Origin: Octopus sinensis
Taxonomy: Eukaryota
Reading direction: 5' to 3'
Assembly (NCBI RefSeq): GCF_006345805.1
Contig: NC_043015.1
Location: 7,502,001-7,566,000 of the forward strand
Length of the DNA: 64,000 nt
Shown piece after piece: positions 1-13,745 of this stretch. How positions within the stretch are numbered: position 1 is the stretch's first letter; every line of letters begins with the position of its first letter. The notes below the pieces were generated by a model. The model did not search any database, had not been told where the DNA came from, and was given only the letters and a program-made list of their open reading frames with translations. The position numbers and the translations under genes are program-made.

Positions 1-3000
1 TATATCTTTTTTGGTTCCCTGGCCATCTTATATACAACCAAAAAATAAATAACCCCCCCCCCAAAAAAAAAAGAAAGGAAAAATACGAGAGAGGAAGAGA
101 GAAATACTGATTATGTGGTGTTGTTTTCTTTTTACATTATCAATAATGTTACTATGCTTGAAATTATGAATGCGACGGCGAAAGAAGTCTAAGTAAACGA
201 ACCAAGAAAATATCGATTTATACTTTCCAGAAATGAAAATATTACACATTTTTTAATAGATTAAAACCCCTCATAACCGACATGTTTATGTATTTTATCG
301 GACATATGCATCTCAGTGGAAATTTTATCGCAAATATATTTATGCATAGCAAAAATTGCTATTCACAGTATCGAATGCTAGCAGCACAACGTGGTCTTAT
401 GCCTCACCAATGAAATGTATGTATTGTATGAGAATCAGATGTAGTATGTGTAGGTTTTATTCAATTTTTGAATTTTATATTTATAACATAAAAAAAGAGT
501 ATGGAATATATAATATAACACGTAATAGAATCCTCTCCATGGATGTATCTGTTGCAAATCCAACATATACTCTATTTTTTTTAAAGTAGTTTCAGTCATG
601 TGACTGGTGAGGATACACTAATAGGGAAATGTTGCTGATCGTTTTGGCGCCAATGCATATCTCTGTCTGGTACTTATTTTATCGACATTTTATATCTAAA
701 TGTTGCTATCAATTTTCAAAAATATACACAATATATATTTGTATGTGTATAAATATAGCAACCTAAAGGGATCATGAATTAAAAAAAGCGATTCAATAAT
801 TGTCTATTGAGTGCAATATATTTGCTGTTAATTTTTTGATTAAAATTTCAGTACCCCAATATGGAGTTTCATATCTATGGGTCTGCATTTGCAGAGTATT
901 ATTAATATTTTACTGTTAGAATTTCTGTTGTTCAAATCTGCGATCGTTAATTATAATTGTTTTAATTTTATTGGGTGATGTATGTATCTGAAGACATTGA
1001 GAGTTTAAGTATTTAAGTAATATAAACGTAATATATAAAATAATCAATATAAAATAATTAAACATAAATTATATGATTAATATAAATAAATAATATAAAG
1101 TAATATAAAGAGTTTAATTAATATAAACGGTCGTTTGATTCCTTATGTGTAAATACTGAAACATTAAATTCGTTTAGAGAATATTCCTAATTTTTTTAAA
1201 TTTAGGAATTTCTCATTTTACAAGACAAAGGGTTAAGTAGTACTTGTGTAGAATTTGAGTAAATGATCACGTTTGACCATAGCCCCACAAAAAAAAAAAA
1301 AATTAAGTTTGTGCGTTTTCTTTTTGTTGAACGATTTAGCATTGTGTCCTTAATACAAAAAATTATTTTAAAGTATTCCTACATCACAGAATGAATTTAA
1401 TTGTTTGTAAAAGTTAACGGAATCTAAAAGACAGCGTGAAATATTGTAGAATAAGACAATATTTATCATCGGCATAATGTGAAACCCAGTATACTGCATC
1501 ATTTACCCTCCGTATTCTATGTTCTAACACAACGTTCACGCTCACTTTTGGCATCAATACTGCTCAAGTCGCTAGTAATTGTTTATATTATTGTCTACAA
1601 CCTTTATCAAAACAGAGTGACACTTGAATCACAGAATTCATGGCACTGAAATATATGATTTCATTCTTTAAGCTATTTTCGCTTCCAATAATTCAAATTA
1701 CATTTGACCCCCAAATATATTACGTTATCTTTTCCCACTTATAAATGGTCGGCAATAAAACTGAGACCGGTCTTTGCCTACGAACTCTCAACGAGGGAAA
1801 TATATGAATATAATTTTCTCTTTATTACTGCAAAGGATCAGAATGTGATTTAATTAGTATGTGCATGACTTCGAGAATATATTACCGATTTCTTACAATT
1901 ATCTTACTTTTCACTGAGCTTTATTAACAACAACTTCCTTCTTTTTAACTTTTGCTTTCTACTGAGATGGAAATTTAAAAAAAGAATGCTATTACAGTGC
2001 AAAACAATAAGCGGAGCATTCTTTATGAAAATTTAGGTATTGTTTCTGTTATGTTAGTTACAGGACAATTTATGATGATCGCAGTCTATTGATAACCTGT
2101 TTCAGGTGCAATAATGTGTATGTTTTCCTAATAGAAAAAAATAGCCCTCTATAACAGCAATAACTTTATCAATATACCATTTCAGATAAGGAATCTAGTA
2201 AAACATACACACAAAAAACGATATACATATGAGTTATAAGAGTTATTAGAAACGATAGCGAAATTTGTAACTCGACCTTCAGAGACTTTTGTAATTATCT
2301 CTGAGTTACTAAACCAAGTTCAATATCTTTTGTATGATATATTAATGCTCGTATTTGCAATTTAATTATGTAGCGTTCCTCACTGGCTATTTTGTGATTA
2401 ACTGATTTTATCATATTACAAATTAAGTGCAATAAAAATTTAACTGTTTTGAAGAAAATTATATTAGAACATGAAAGATGAAATTTCATTAATTTAAAAC
2501 TGCAATTCCTTAAAGAACTAGCAAACAAAAAATATTTAGCAAAACAGAGGCAATTTCTCGTCAGAAATCATAATTGCAATTTTTCAATATCGATGATTTA
2601 CCATCGAGAAAACATATAACAAACATAAATACATAACATACATATATAACTGCTTAAATCTCGGATTGTTTCATATGACTCTAGATTTGTTGTAAGATAT
2701 TCAATTTCTTTGGGAGTATTTTATTGTGATTTAAAGCATATTTTCATTTTCATTTTTTTTGCAGGTTAATCCATGTTTCAATTCACTTTAGCAATAGAAT
2801 TTAATTTTAATATGCATACAAATATAGTTTCTAAAATATGTTTTATGATTCACATTCAGAGAAAATGGGTTGCATATCTCTTAATATGTAAATATTATAT
2901 GTATTGTTTTAGATACCCATTTGGCATGAGGAGAAGTGTAACAATGAGAAACGCATTAACAACAACATTATTAAAATCATGAAGAATGAATGTTTCATCT

Positions 3001-3544
3001 ACAACATTTTTTTTATACATATCTCAAATGAAGATTGCTATATCAAATAAGAAACAAAATGGCATTTGTGTATAAAGGAAAGGCGATATATTTGATGTTG
3101 CGTATCTTGGCATGTCATTGATGAACAATGTAAACACGATGTTATATATATATATAAATATATATATATAGGTATGCATATATATGTATATATATACATG
3201 TATATATGAATATATATCTATATATATTTACATATTTGCATATGTAAACACTTGTGAGAGACGATTCAACATGCTCCTGTGTGCGTAAAGTAAGACTTAC
3301 TTACCAAAGATCCGCCCTCATCACTCAAAATTGTAAATCCCAAACGTTACGTAATCCGATATTGGAATTAAATATCCAGTGAACAGGTTTTAAAATGATA
3401 TTAACTTACCTGAAAATAGAAAAGAATTGAAATTTCATATATTTAAGTGCACATGAAATAAAAGCAATGATAACAAAATAAATTATAATCTATATAGTAC
3501 ACACGTATACACACATATACATATATATATCCCAAATACACACG

Positions 3545-3579
<35 letters not shown>

Positions 3580-4514
3580 GCATGAAAACGTAAATATATA
3601 CACACACATATGTTTACAGTTGGATAGACAAATATAACAAAATAGTTTGACAAAAAATGTGAATTTTTAATTATTTTCTGGGATTTTGCAAAAACAACAA
3701 AAATATTTTTAAAATTTTCTTATTCGTTTTAATTAAATATACACACACACACACACACGCGCGCGCACGCACACAGATATGAGTAAATATCAAACATTGA
3801 AAATCGGTGCTCTACACCGCATTGGTGGATAAAGTTTCATTGTTTATGCGTTAAGGCTACCATTGGTTTCATGTTAAGTCCGCCACAGTTAACAAACATA
3901 TCACATGTAACATCGGTGTCTGTCTCCAGTTAGGATTTATACATACATACATACATACATTACATACATTACATACATTACATACATTACATACATGCAA
4001 TTAAAATTGTAGCGTTCATCTTGCAATATATGTCACGCGAAATTATTACGCTACCGAAATTATTAGGGTGACAAAAGTGTTGTATAGTTTTTTTTGTCAT
4101 ATAAATCCAATGGCGTATAGATGCCTCAATGTGAGAGGGCTATCGTCTGAGAAGAGGTTGGCCGTCTCGCAACATATGTATATATATATATAAGTATATA
4201 AAGTATGTGTTTCTTTTATCTCTTTAGTCATATTCAAAGGAAAGTAAAGCATGCGAACTGTGGTTACGGGTATTAATTTTGCGTTCAAACATATAGCTGA
4301 AAAGTTGAAGAACAGTATTTGTCAGTTAATTTAAATACGAATGAGCATTTTTATTAGATATTGGAAGTAATGTTTTAGCCAAACCAAAAACACACACGCA
4401 CGCACTCACACAGACAGAGACACACACACACACACTCTCTCTCGCACACAGATATACGCACCAACAGACACACATTAACACACTAAGACATGTACACATT
4501 TACACTCACTTATA

Positions 4515-4776
4515 TATCACCGTGATCACCGTGACCGACCAGGCTATCAGATGTTGCTACACGTCGCTGGTCACAATGCGCTTCGCATTGTTTTAGCCTT
4601 GAAATGACGCCACCCCGCTGGCTATGCGAGCAGGCCAACAGAAGAAAGAGTGAGAGAAAGTGTGGCGCTTTAGGTGTTTTCGCTCAATAAACACTCACAA
4701 CGCCCGGTCTGTGAATCGAAACTGCGATCCAACGACCGCGAGTCGGCTGCCCTAACCACTGGGCCATTGCGCCTCC
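4515..4776 (-). mobile_element. tRNA-derived SINE (family 3, GGAGGCGCAATGG head), tail variant A
   Basis: Minus strand reads GGAGGCGCAATGGCCCAGTGGTTAGG...GTTTCGATTC, with A- and B-box-like motifs. The same head occurs at 21989 and 55661. Confidence 0.85.
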
Positions 4777-5566
4777 ACACACACACACACGCACACACAC
4801 CACACACACACGCGCGCGCACGCACACAGATATGAGTAAATATCAAACATTGAAAATCGGTGCTCTACACCGCATTGGTGGATAAAGTTTCATTGTTTAT
4901 GCGTTAAGGCTACCATTGGTTTCATGTTAAGTCCGCCACAGTTAACAAACATATCACATGTAACATCGGTGTCTGTCTCCAGTTAGGATTTATACATACA
5001 TACATACATACATTACATACATTACATACATTACATACATTACATACATGCAATTAAAATTGTAGCGTTCATCTTGCAATATATGTCACGCGAAATTATT
5101 ACGCTACCGAAATTATTAGGGTGACAAAAGTGTTGTATAGTTTTTTTTGTCATATAAATCCAATGGCGTATAGATGCCTCAATGTGAGAGGGCTATCGTC
5201 TGAGAAGAGGTTGGCCGTCTCGCAACATATGTATATATATATAAGTATATAAAGTATGTGTTTCTTTTATCTCTTTAGTCATATTCAAAGGAAAGTAAAG
5301 CATGCGAACTGTGGTTACGGGTATTAATTTTGCGTTCAAACATATAGCTGAAAAGTTGAAGAACAGTATTTGTCAGTTAATTTAATACGAATGAGCATTT
5401 TTATTAGATATTGGAAGTAATGTTTTAGCCAAACCAAAAACACACACGCACGCACTCACACAGACAGAGACACACACACACACACACTCTCTCTCGCACA
5501 CAGATATACGCACCAACAGACACACATTAACACACTAAGACATGTACACATTTACACTCACTTATA

Positions 5567-5828
5567 TATCACCGTGATCACCGTGACCGACCAGGCTATC
5601 AGATGTTGCTACACGTCGCTGGTCACAATGCGCTTCGCATTGTTTTAGCCTTGAAATGACGCCACCCCGCTGGCTATGCGAGCAGGCCAACAGAAGAAAG
5701 AGTGAGAGAAAGTGTGGCGCTTTAGGTGTTTTCGCTCAATAAACACTCACAACGCCCGGTCTGTGAATCGAAACTGCGATCCAACGACCGCGAGTCGGCT
5801 GCCCTAACCACTGGGCCATTGCGCCTCC
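5567..5828 (-). mobile_element. Duplicate copy of the family 3 SINE
   Basis: Identical to 4515-4776; part of the tandem duplication. Confidence 0.85.
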
Positions 5829-5878
5829 ACACACACACACACGCACACACACACACACACATATATATGTTTACAGTT

Positions 5879-6045
5879 GGAGTGGCTGTGTGGTAAGTAG
5901 CTTGTTTACCAACCATATGGTTCCGGGTTCAGTCCCACTGCGTGGCACCTTGGGTAAGTGTCTTCTACTATAGCCTCGAGCCGACCAAAGCCTTGTGAGT
6001 GGATTTGGTAGACGGAAACTGAAAGAAGCCCGTCGTATATATATG

Positions 6046-6078
<33 letters not shown>

Positions 6079-6287
6079 TTGTGTGTCTGTGTTTGTCCTC
6101 CTAGCATTGCTTGACAACCGATGCTGGTGTGTTTATGTCCCCGTCACTTAGCGGTTCGGCAAAACGGACCGATAGAATAAGTACTGGGCTTACAAAGAAT
6201 AAGTGCCGGGGTCGATTTGCTCGATTAAAGGCGGTGCTCCAGCATGGCCGCAGTCAAATCGACTGAAACAAGTAAAAGAGTAAAAAG
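5879..6287 (+). mobile_element. Bipartite tRNA/CORE-like SINE (family 1) with internal microsatellite
   Basis: GGAGTGGCTGTGTGGTAAG head, GGTTCAGTCCC B-box and a CORE-like ACCTTGGGTAAGTGTCTT, then (TA)n(TG)n and a second module ending GAAACAAGTAAAAGAG. At least 8 related copies in the window. Confidence 0.9.
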
Positions 6288-7567
6288 ATACACAGACAGA
6301 AACATACATACATACATACATTCACAAACACACAAATATGAATACATGACTGCGTGCGTTATATAATGTGTTGCAGTCACGTTTGTGTTAGAGTAGGAAA
6401 GAGAGAATATCATGAATCACCTTTTGTAACAATCTGACTTTTTGTACTGTTATACATAAATTGTCTATATCAATATTTTGTATGTGACGCGTCGTACGAT
6501 TTCTTTCCAGAAGCACGACTAAAGATTCACATTGTTTACAAACGCATGGTGTTTTAATTATTAGCCTAATATTTCTTTCGCTCAATCAATCACGTTCAGA
6601 TCGGTAGTAAGAAAGTTGGCCAAAATGTATATTCATGCGAATACAGAATTCTATAGTTTCCTTCTTTGATGTTTATTGCAACTTATTTCATAAAACAGAA
6701 GTAAATCTTACGTTTTACAATCGTGCAGTCAATGGATGTATACCTCTCATTATCAAATTTGATTAATATTAATTCGTCTTTGTCTAGACACACTATAAAT
6801 ATTTAAAAATGATATATTTTGAAAACGTTAGATACTTATTGAGAATAGCTGATGGAAATAATTGCTAGTATAGAACTTGTCAGTATTTGCAAGTTAGAGT
6901 TCTTAGATTAATACGAAGGTTATTCATATTAGTTCCTGAAGTTAGTGAATCGCCTAGAAGACTTAAAGAAGGCTTCCGTGACTATCAAACAAAAGGTTGA
7001 TACCTTCTACGATTCGCAAAATAGCTGCATAATAGAATGCTGGTCCTCAGGCTCTCAGTATGTACTCACATGAAGCACACAACACTAAGGTGTTGGTATT
7101 AGCCCGGAAATATACTTTTATTTTGCAGATGAAGGTTACAAGAAATTGAATTCTGCTGTCAATCTAAAGTTTTCTCCGGCTTTGATTTTGCTTAGTGAAT
7201 TAACATCACAAATATATATGATCGACCCGAAGGTGTAGTCAAATATACTAAACGAGCATGCCGCATAATGGGTTCTAGCCCCAGAACATGATATTAAGTC
7301 ACGTATCTCTAAAGCACACGCTTCGTGCCTGTGAGACAAAACAACGTAATAACGAAGCTTAGCTCTCATGTACAAGTTAGGCCTTCATTAAAAAGTGTCA
7401 TTTAAGGTAATGGTATTTAATTAAAACAGAATATCTTTAAATGAAATAATACATTTTCATGAAAATAAAAAGAAACAGTATTTCATGGAAGTCATTCAGA
7501 TGCCAAATTGGCGAAAGAAATGACGTAACATTTATTGATGTTGATTAACAATAGCGTTAATGTAATA

Positions 7568-8133
7568 CTGGGTTGTCCAGAAAGTTCGTGCCGATTTATA
7601 GCAGCTTATCTTTCGACTTATCTTAAAACATGGTCGAGTCTATAAAATAGGATTTGACTACACCTCCGTTTAAAGCACAGTTTAAGCTATCTTTACGTGG
7701 AAGAAGATTTATGTTCTTATATCGTGTGTTAATTATGTAACCCTTTAAAATGGAAGATAAGAAAGTTCATTTTCGGCACTTGATATTTTGGGAACCAGAC
7801 AAAAATTTCTGCAGCTCGGCTGGCATGTGGTACCACACCCTCCATATTCACCTGATATTGCTCCTTCGAATTTCCACTTATACAGGTCTCTGCAGAATAG
7901 TCTTAAAGGTAAACATTTCAATTCCTTGGATGATGTCAAAAGATACCTTGGTGAATTCTTTGCCGTGAAACCACCTCAAATCTGAGAAGAGGGTATTTTC
8001 AAGTTAAAGGAAAGATGGAAACGCATTGTGCCACAAAATGGTTCGTTTTTGGTCGATTAAAAATGTAATGTCAAGTATTTATTGACCTTTTTCTTTCCTT
8101 TACAAATCGGTACGAACTTTCCGGATTACCCAA
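7568..8133 (+). mobile_element. Internally deleted mariner (mellifera-like), 566 bp, both TIRs and TA target site intact
   Basis: Left TIR CTGGGTTGTCCAGAAAGTTCGTGCCGATTT matches the reverse complement of 8104-8133, with TA on both flanks. The N-terminus MEDKKVHFRH is joined out of frame to the C-terminal HPPYSPDIAPSNFHLYRSL (YSPDL motif); stop at 7983-7985. Confidence 0.92.
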
Positions 8134-9039
8134 TATATGCTTTGCCGTTCAATCAAAACACAAATGGCTGTACGAAAATTATAATTTAACTCTATACAAC
8201 AGTGTCGCAAACTTAATGCACACACACATGTATATGTGTATGTATGTTGATTCTCTTCTGTTTTTACTAGTTTAAACTTTTCCTCAGAGGGAGGCGCTGC
8301 TTTCTAAGATACAACGTTCCATTGTTGGAATGCAAACAAAATAAAATATAAAAGCCACCCAGCAAAATATAAAACAAAGACATATTTTAAAGTTAAGAAA
8401 AGATTGGATTTTTTCTTGTCCCATTCGTGGAGAGTATTTGTAATGTGCTAGGTTAGCTGGTAGATTTTTCTGAAAGCCTTAGCTTATCGAATGTGACATT
8501 TAATTACATAATGAAGTGCACTAATTATTATTGGTATAAATGTAAATTTGTAATCTGGACATAGGAGCCGGATGCTAGAGAGCAATTTTTCATAGACATC
8601 TTCAATTTTATTTTATTTTCAAACAGATATTGACGTCAGCTAGGCAACTGACCTCCACTACGACACATATGCTTTTATGTATGCTCCACACAGCAATATC
8701 TGTCGTGTTATGTCTACACTTGACCGAAGTTTTGACAGGGTTATTCTACCAATATTCCTCGTGTTGATATTATTGAATGTATTTCAATTACACGGTTTCT
8801 CTACATTTATGCAGAACGTCTTTTCCTAATGACATTTAGCGATAACAACCTATTGCATAAGGATCTATTAATCTTAGGCAGCTGTTGTTAATCACAGTTG
8901 ATGTCTTCCACAGAAATGTATGTATGTATATATTACCTCTTATTGGTTCTAGAAATAGAAGACCTTCAATATAAGCGCCTAACCTCTTCAACACTCACTA
9001 GCGCCAAAAGCAGTGCACTTCATACCAGCATTTCTGAAG

Positions 9040-9225
9040 AGCGACAGAAACGTTAGCACGCAAGGCGAAATGCTTAGTGGTATTTCGTCTGTTTTTACGT
9101 TCTGAGTTCAAATTCCGCCGAGGTCGAATTTGCCTTTCATCATTTCGGGGTCGATAAATTAAGTAGAGGTTGCGTACTGGGGTCGATCTAATTGAGTGGT
9201 CCCACTCCTCCAAAATTCCAAGCAT
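9040..9225 (+). mobile_element. tRNA-derived SINE (family 2, probably Meta-domain type)
   Basis: GAAACGTTAGCACG...GAGTTCAAATTCCGCCGAGGTCGA...GCCTTTCATC..TCGGGGTCGATAAATTAAGTA. Homologues at 34.2, 50.5 and 61.2 kb. The Meta-domain resemblance is from memory. Confidence 0.85.
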
Positions 9226-10009
9226 TGATATATTGTATTATTTTGCAACGATTATGCAGCCTGTAGGATTATACGTGAATCATTTCGGATACGGGGACAG
9301 AGACACATGTACGCGAGCACATGAAATTATTGGTGCATTCACTTCCTTTGAAAAAAAACTGAAAAAAAAAAAATCACTAAATTAATTTATAAGTAGCTGC
9401 TTCTCGTCCTTCAGTGAAATACGACCAACCTTGTTAATAACAAAAGTGGTTTGTTCCTGGAGGCGAATATATATAGCTGAGATTTATATAGAATTAAACG
9501 TTTCCGATATTTCTGATTTCTGATGATGGTTAATATAATTTTGTATTCATATTATATTCTCATATATTAATCGAAATCTTTTCCTATATAGATCAAGTGA
9601 CGCGAATAGTATCGCTTGATAATACATAATTTACAAAATTGAACTCTGACTTCGGCTATTTTTACAAATTGTTCTATAGGAGGACGTGGCACACATTTGT
9701 AGATCTGAACCCCTTTATCAGAAATAGTTAAATAATAATATATCATATTAGTGCTTTTTTCACAGACCACTGATTATAACATTGTTCTTTTACTGCTTTC
9801 AGTAATTGTGCAGCAGCTATGCATGAGAACCGCCTTTAAGGTATTTAATCGGCTCTATCGATCCTGGGATTTATTTTAGCCTGGTAATTGTTAAATCGAT
9901 CTATACTCATTAAATGACTAAATTCACTCTTGATTTAAATAAAAACGAAAATCGTTGCACTACTTAACATTGTTATACACAACCCCAAAGTGAAGTCTGT
10001 GTTAGAACA

Positions 10010-10155
10010 TATAATAATGATGATAATGATGGTGGTGGTTTTGATGGTGATGATGATGTTGATTATGATGATGAAGATGGTGGTGACGATGATGATGATG
10101 ATGATGATGTTGATTATGGTGATGGTGATGATGAGAATAATAATAATAATAATAA
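10010..10155. repeat. (GAT)n/(AAT)n trinucleotide tract
   Basis: Directly visible; it explains the Met/Ile/Val-rich ORF at 9990. Confidence 0.9.
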
Positions 10156-10164
10156 AAATGTCCG

Positions 10165-10745
10165 AATGTGGTACCAGGCAGTGACTCTCATGGCTTTTAA
10201 TCTTAACTGGTTGGAAGCATTATGATGTACATTGTTTTGTCCTGGTATAAAAGAGGACGACACCATATATTCTCCGCTATATCAAAAACTTGCTTGTCAG
10301 TTGTTTGACCTTAACCAGTTGAGCATGTCCCTTAGTGGCTGACGATATGTGCATCTCTGATCATAAGCAAAAGTAGTGGGGGAACAGCATCACTGTGTGT
10401 TGAGAGGAATTCTTTGGGGTTTTGATTATAGACCTCTGGAAACATGGGTGTTTTGTTCATCATTCTTAAACAAACCTTCTTCAGGAAACCTTTCAGCTGG
10501 ATGAGCAACCCGACCTGAAGAAAATTCTAACTGGACCCCACCTACAAGGTCAGGCGGTGTTTATCTTGATATGAGATCAACATGTCGCGGCACACTTGTG
10601 GTTGTGATGCATGTGGCTGGTGTACCCTTATCAGACGAGTAGTCATGATGGGTATACTGGGCTTCGTATATTTCTACCCAAGTGTCATTTTAATGGCATG
10701 CGTTGTTCTGTCACTCAATAATAATAATGATAATAATAATAAATG
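10165..10745 (+). mobile_element. Probable 3' end of a non-LTR retroelement ending in (AAT)n
   Basis: Higher-GC complex block ending ...CTGTCACTCAATAATAATAAT. It resembles an abundant octopus repeat from memory, but is single-copy here. Confidence 0.4.
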
Positions 10746-10834
10746 CATAAATATATATGTATGTATGTAGCTGTCTAACTGTATATATACATAAATATAT
10801 ATATGCATATATATATATCGATAAATGCTGAGCG

Positions 10835-10870
<36 letters not shown>

Positions 10871-11484
10871 AATGAGAGAGTTATATAGATTACCATATAT
10901 GTAATCATTATGTGCCCTTGGTACAATGAGATACGAAATGCTGATTTGGATATTTATTCTTAATGTTCAGTTAGATGGAAACGCAACTAATGCTAGTCGC
11001 TGTTATCTACACCCTTGGAGACAAGCTCTCCCTTTTATGACGACAGAGCACTACTAACCTAAATCATTCTGTGACGTTGGTGTTCTGGCGTGTTGTGTCT
11101 CGTAAGCCATAAGTACCCGGAGATCTTTCAGACCGAAAAAGCAACTGGATTTCCTTATAAATTCACCGAACACAATTATGTACTGATTAGTGCATACATC
11201 TGCCCACCGATCACAGATTTAGTACTTGCACCATGTACAGCGAGATCTGAAGCGATGTAATGCTTTCGAGAGATTCGAACGCAGACTGTACTATTCGCTG
11301 GAATATGCAGAATAACTCAAGACTTAGAAGCGAGAGACCTGAATACGTATGTATGTCAAATCCTTGAAATTAGAGTGTTATGTTTGACTCACATATCGCA
11401 ATATCATTTAGAATAATTAGCAACTTTGTAAATATTGAAATTTGAAATTTCTGATTAATTTCATAATTCGGTGCGCATCTGATG

Positions 11485-11520
<36 letters not shown>

Positions 11521-11790
11521 TATAATAATAATCATAATTTTCCATTGTATCAAAATAAGGGAAATATAGAACAGATTATGCCCCACAGGTCTATAAATAC
11601 GAAAAAAGCAATATACATGACAGATTTAGAAAATATTCTTTCCGGATGTAATTATACTTTATCAAAGACAACAACATATATGGCAGTTATTGTTATTAGT
11701 TTAGATGTTTCATACTTTTTTTATTTATCATTTAACTTTACATATTTCTAGTACATACATACATACATAGATACACACACATACATGCAT

Positions 11791-11832
<42 letters not shown>

Positions 11833-12246
11833 TCTTTTACTTTATAAGCATAATGTTAAAGACAAGGGATAAATCTAGCGTGTATGCGTAGGGTTTACTC
11901 TGTGATTCTTCTGAAATGAGTTGTCAATCAAGAGTGAAATTAATGACAAGCAATCAGTTTCTTAATGATGTCAGCGTTGTTGTCAATAGCGCTAACCTGA
12001 ACGCCTTCAATATATGAAATTGTAAGCAAAGGTGCTATATGCTGTGTCGGTGATTATCAGCTTATCGCATGAAGTCAGTTTGAACACATGTGCATCTTAT
12101 TGGATTAGCGTACTGACAAACAGGAAATGAAGTGTTGTAATACGACAAAGATAAGAACGAAACTTAGAAAAAATACGATAATGGAAAATAGATTAATGAC
12201 AGATAAAACCAGAATGAAAGCAAAACTAAGGATGATGTTAAGATGA

Positions 12247-12250
12247 AACG

Positions 12251-12295
<45 letters not shown>

Positions 12296-12315
12296 CATAT
12301 ATATATATATATACT

Positions 12316-12361
<46 letters not shown>

Positions 12362-12368
12362 ATATACT

Positions 12369-12400
<32 letters not shown>

Positions 12401-12659
12401 CATATATATATATACTTATATATATTATATATATGTGTGTGTGTGTGTGTGCATATATATATATATACTTATATATATATATATATTTTATATAATATAT
12501 GTGTGTGTGTGTGTGTGTGTGTGCATATATATATATACTTATATATATATATATATGTGTGTGTGTGTGCATATATATATATATATATGTGTGTGTGTAT
12601 GTATATACATATATATTTATATATGTGTATATATGTATATGTGTGTATATATATATGTA

Positions 12660-12703
<44 letters not shown>

Positions 12704-12860
12704 ATATATGTATGTGTGTGTATATATGTATGTATATATCTATATATATATATGTGTGTGTGTGTATATATGTATATAATTATATATATTTATATATATA
12801 CATGTGTGTGTGTATATATGTATATAAATATATATATATATATACATATGTGTGTGGGTG

Positions 12861-12912
<52 letters not shown>
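12247..12912. repeat. Compound (TA)n(TG)n satellite with higher-order units
   Basis: Recurring unit of GCAT(AT)nACTT(AT)n(GT)n. Confidence 0.95.
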
Positions 12913-13542
12913 AATGAGTTTATATGCACGTGGGGAGTAAGTGAGAAATCGAAAGAGAATTGAGAATGATGGAAAAGGGTATACTGGCAAAGCTGCATTC
13001 TTGAATATGGTGTTAATCAAAACAATTCTATTACTCCTTTATAATCATCATCACCGATTCTCACTGATAATATAGAAATGTATTCTCTTTTGTGAGCAAA
13101 TGTTTTACAAACGACTGCATAATCAGCAAATGGTTTCTTTTATGTTCTCAGGATTTCGACAGCATTTTTCTACCACATATTTACATCCCACTTATCTACT
13201 CATCGTTATTTACATCGATACTCGTATGCATGTTTAGTCTTCACACACACACACACTTATATATACATATATATATAGATAAATATATATATATATATAT
13301 ATATAAATATATATATATACACAAACTCGCTGGTATATGCGTACATGTGTAAATGTTTGTATACATACGTATGTGTGTATAAAGAGATAGAAATAGATAT
13401 ATTAGCAGAGGTAACTACAAATCAATCAAAGGATTAAGATGATCTTTATCGTACAGACACAAATAAGCAGGCTCATTCACAGAACCACACAGACACAGAT
13501 ACACACAGAGACACCAACGCACACGCACGCACATGTACATGT

Positions 13543-13745
13543 GGAGAGGTGCATAGCTTAGTGAATAGGACATTGGAGTCAGGATTATTCGCTTGTTTCA
13601 ATTCATGGAACGGGCGACGAGTCGTATTTTTTAGCAAAACACAACATTTCACGCTACTCCATTCTCCTCAGCTGAGTAATCATGTGACAGACCAGCGTTC
13701 CGTCACGGGAGGAATACATACGCCAGAGCAACCGGGGAAACTGTT
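13543..13745 (+). mobile_element. Old tRNA-derived SINE (family 4) with V-domain-like tail
   Basis: GGAGAGGTGCATAGCTTAGTG head and AGCAAAACAC..CATTTCACGCTACTCCA core. Its tail TGTGACAGACCAGCGTTCCGTC...CATACGCCAGAGCAACCGGGGAAAC is homologous to 22195-22255. Confidence 0.65.

Larger units (their letters stand above)
3741..5860. repeat. Near-perfect tandem duplication, unit about 1,053 bp
   Basis: GAGTAAATATCAAAC occurs at 3781 and 4834, and AGTCGGCTGCC at 4741 and 5793. The differences I found are a 1-bp A indel and one CA unit. Breakpoints lie in (CA)n tracts. Confidence 0.95.

Noticed and set aside
370-417. 48-nt plus-strand exon candidate SNASSTTWSYASPMK, and 7129-7232 EGYKKLNSAV...
   Set aside because: Plausible splice sites but no recognisable protein and no linkable partners. 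Chance frequency is high in AT-rich DNA.
2750-2775. Plus-strand TTTTTTTTGCAG|GTTAAT as a second recursive site
   Set aside because: The donor is weak, unlike the 3410 site.
4690-4776. SINE heads as tRNA genes
   Set aside because: No complete cloverleaf or acceptor stem; they continue into SINE bodies, two with TSDs.
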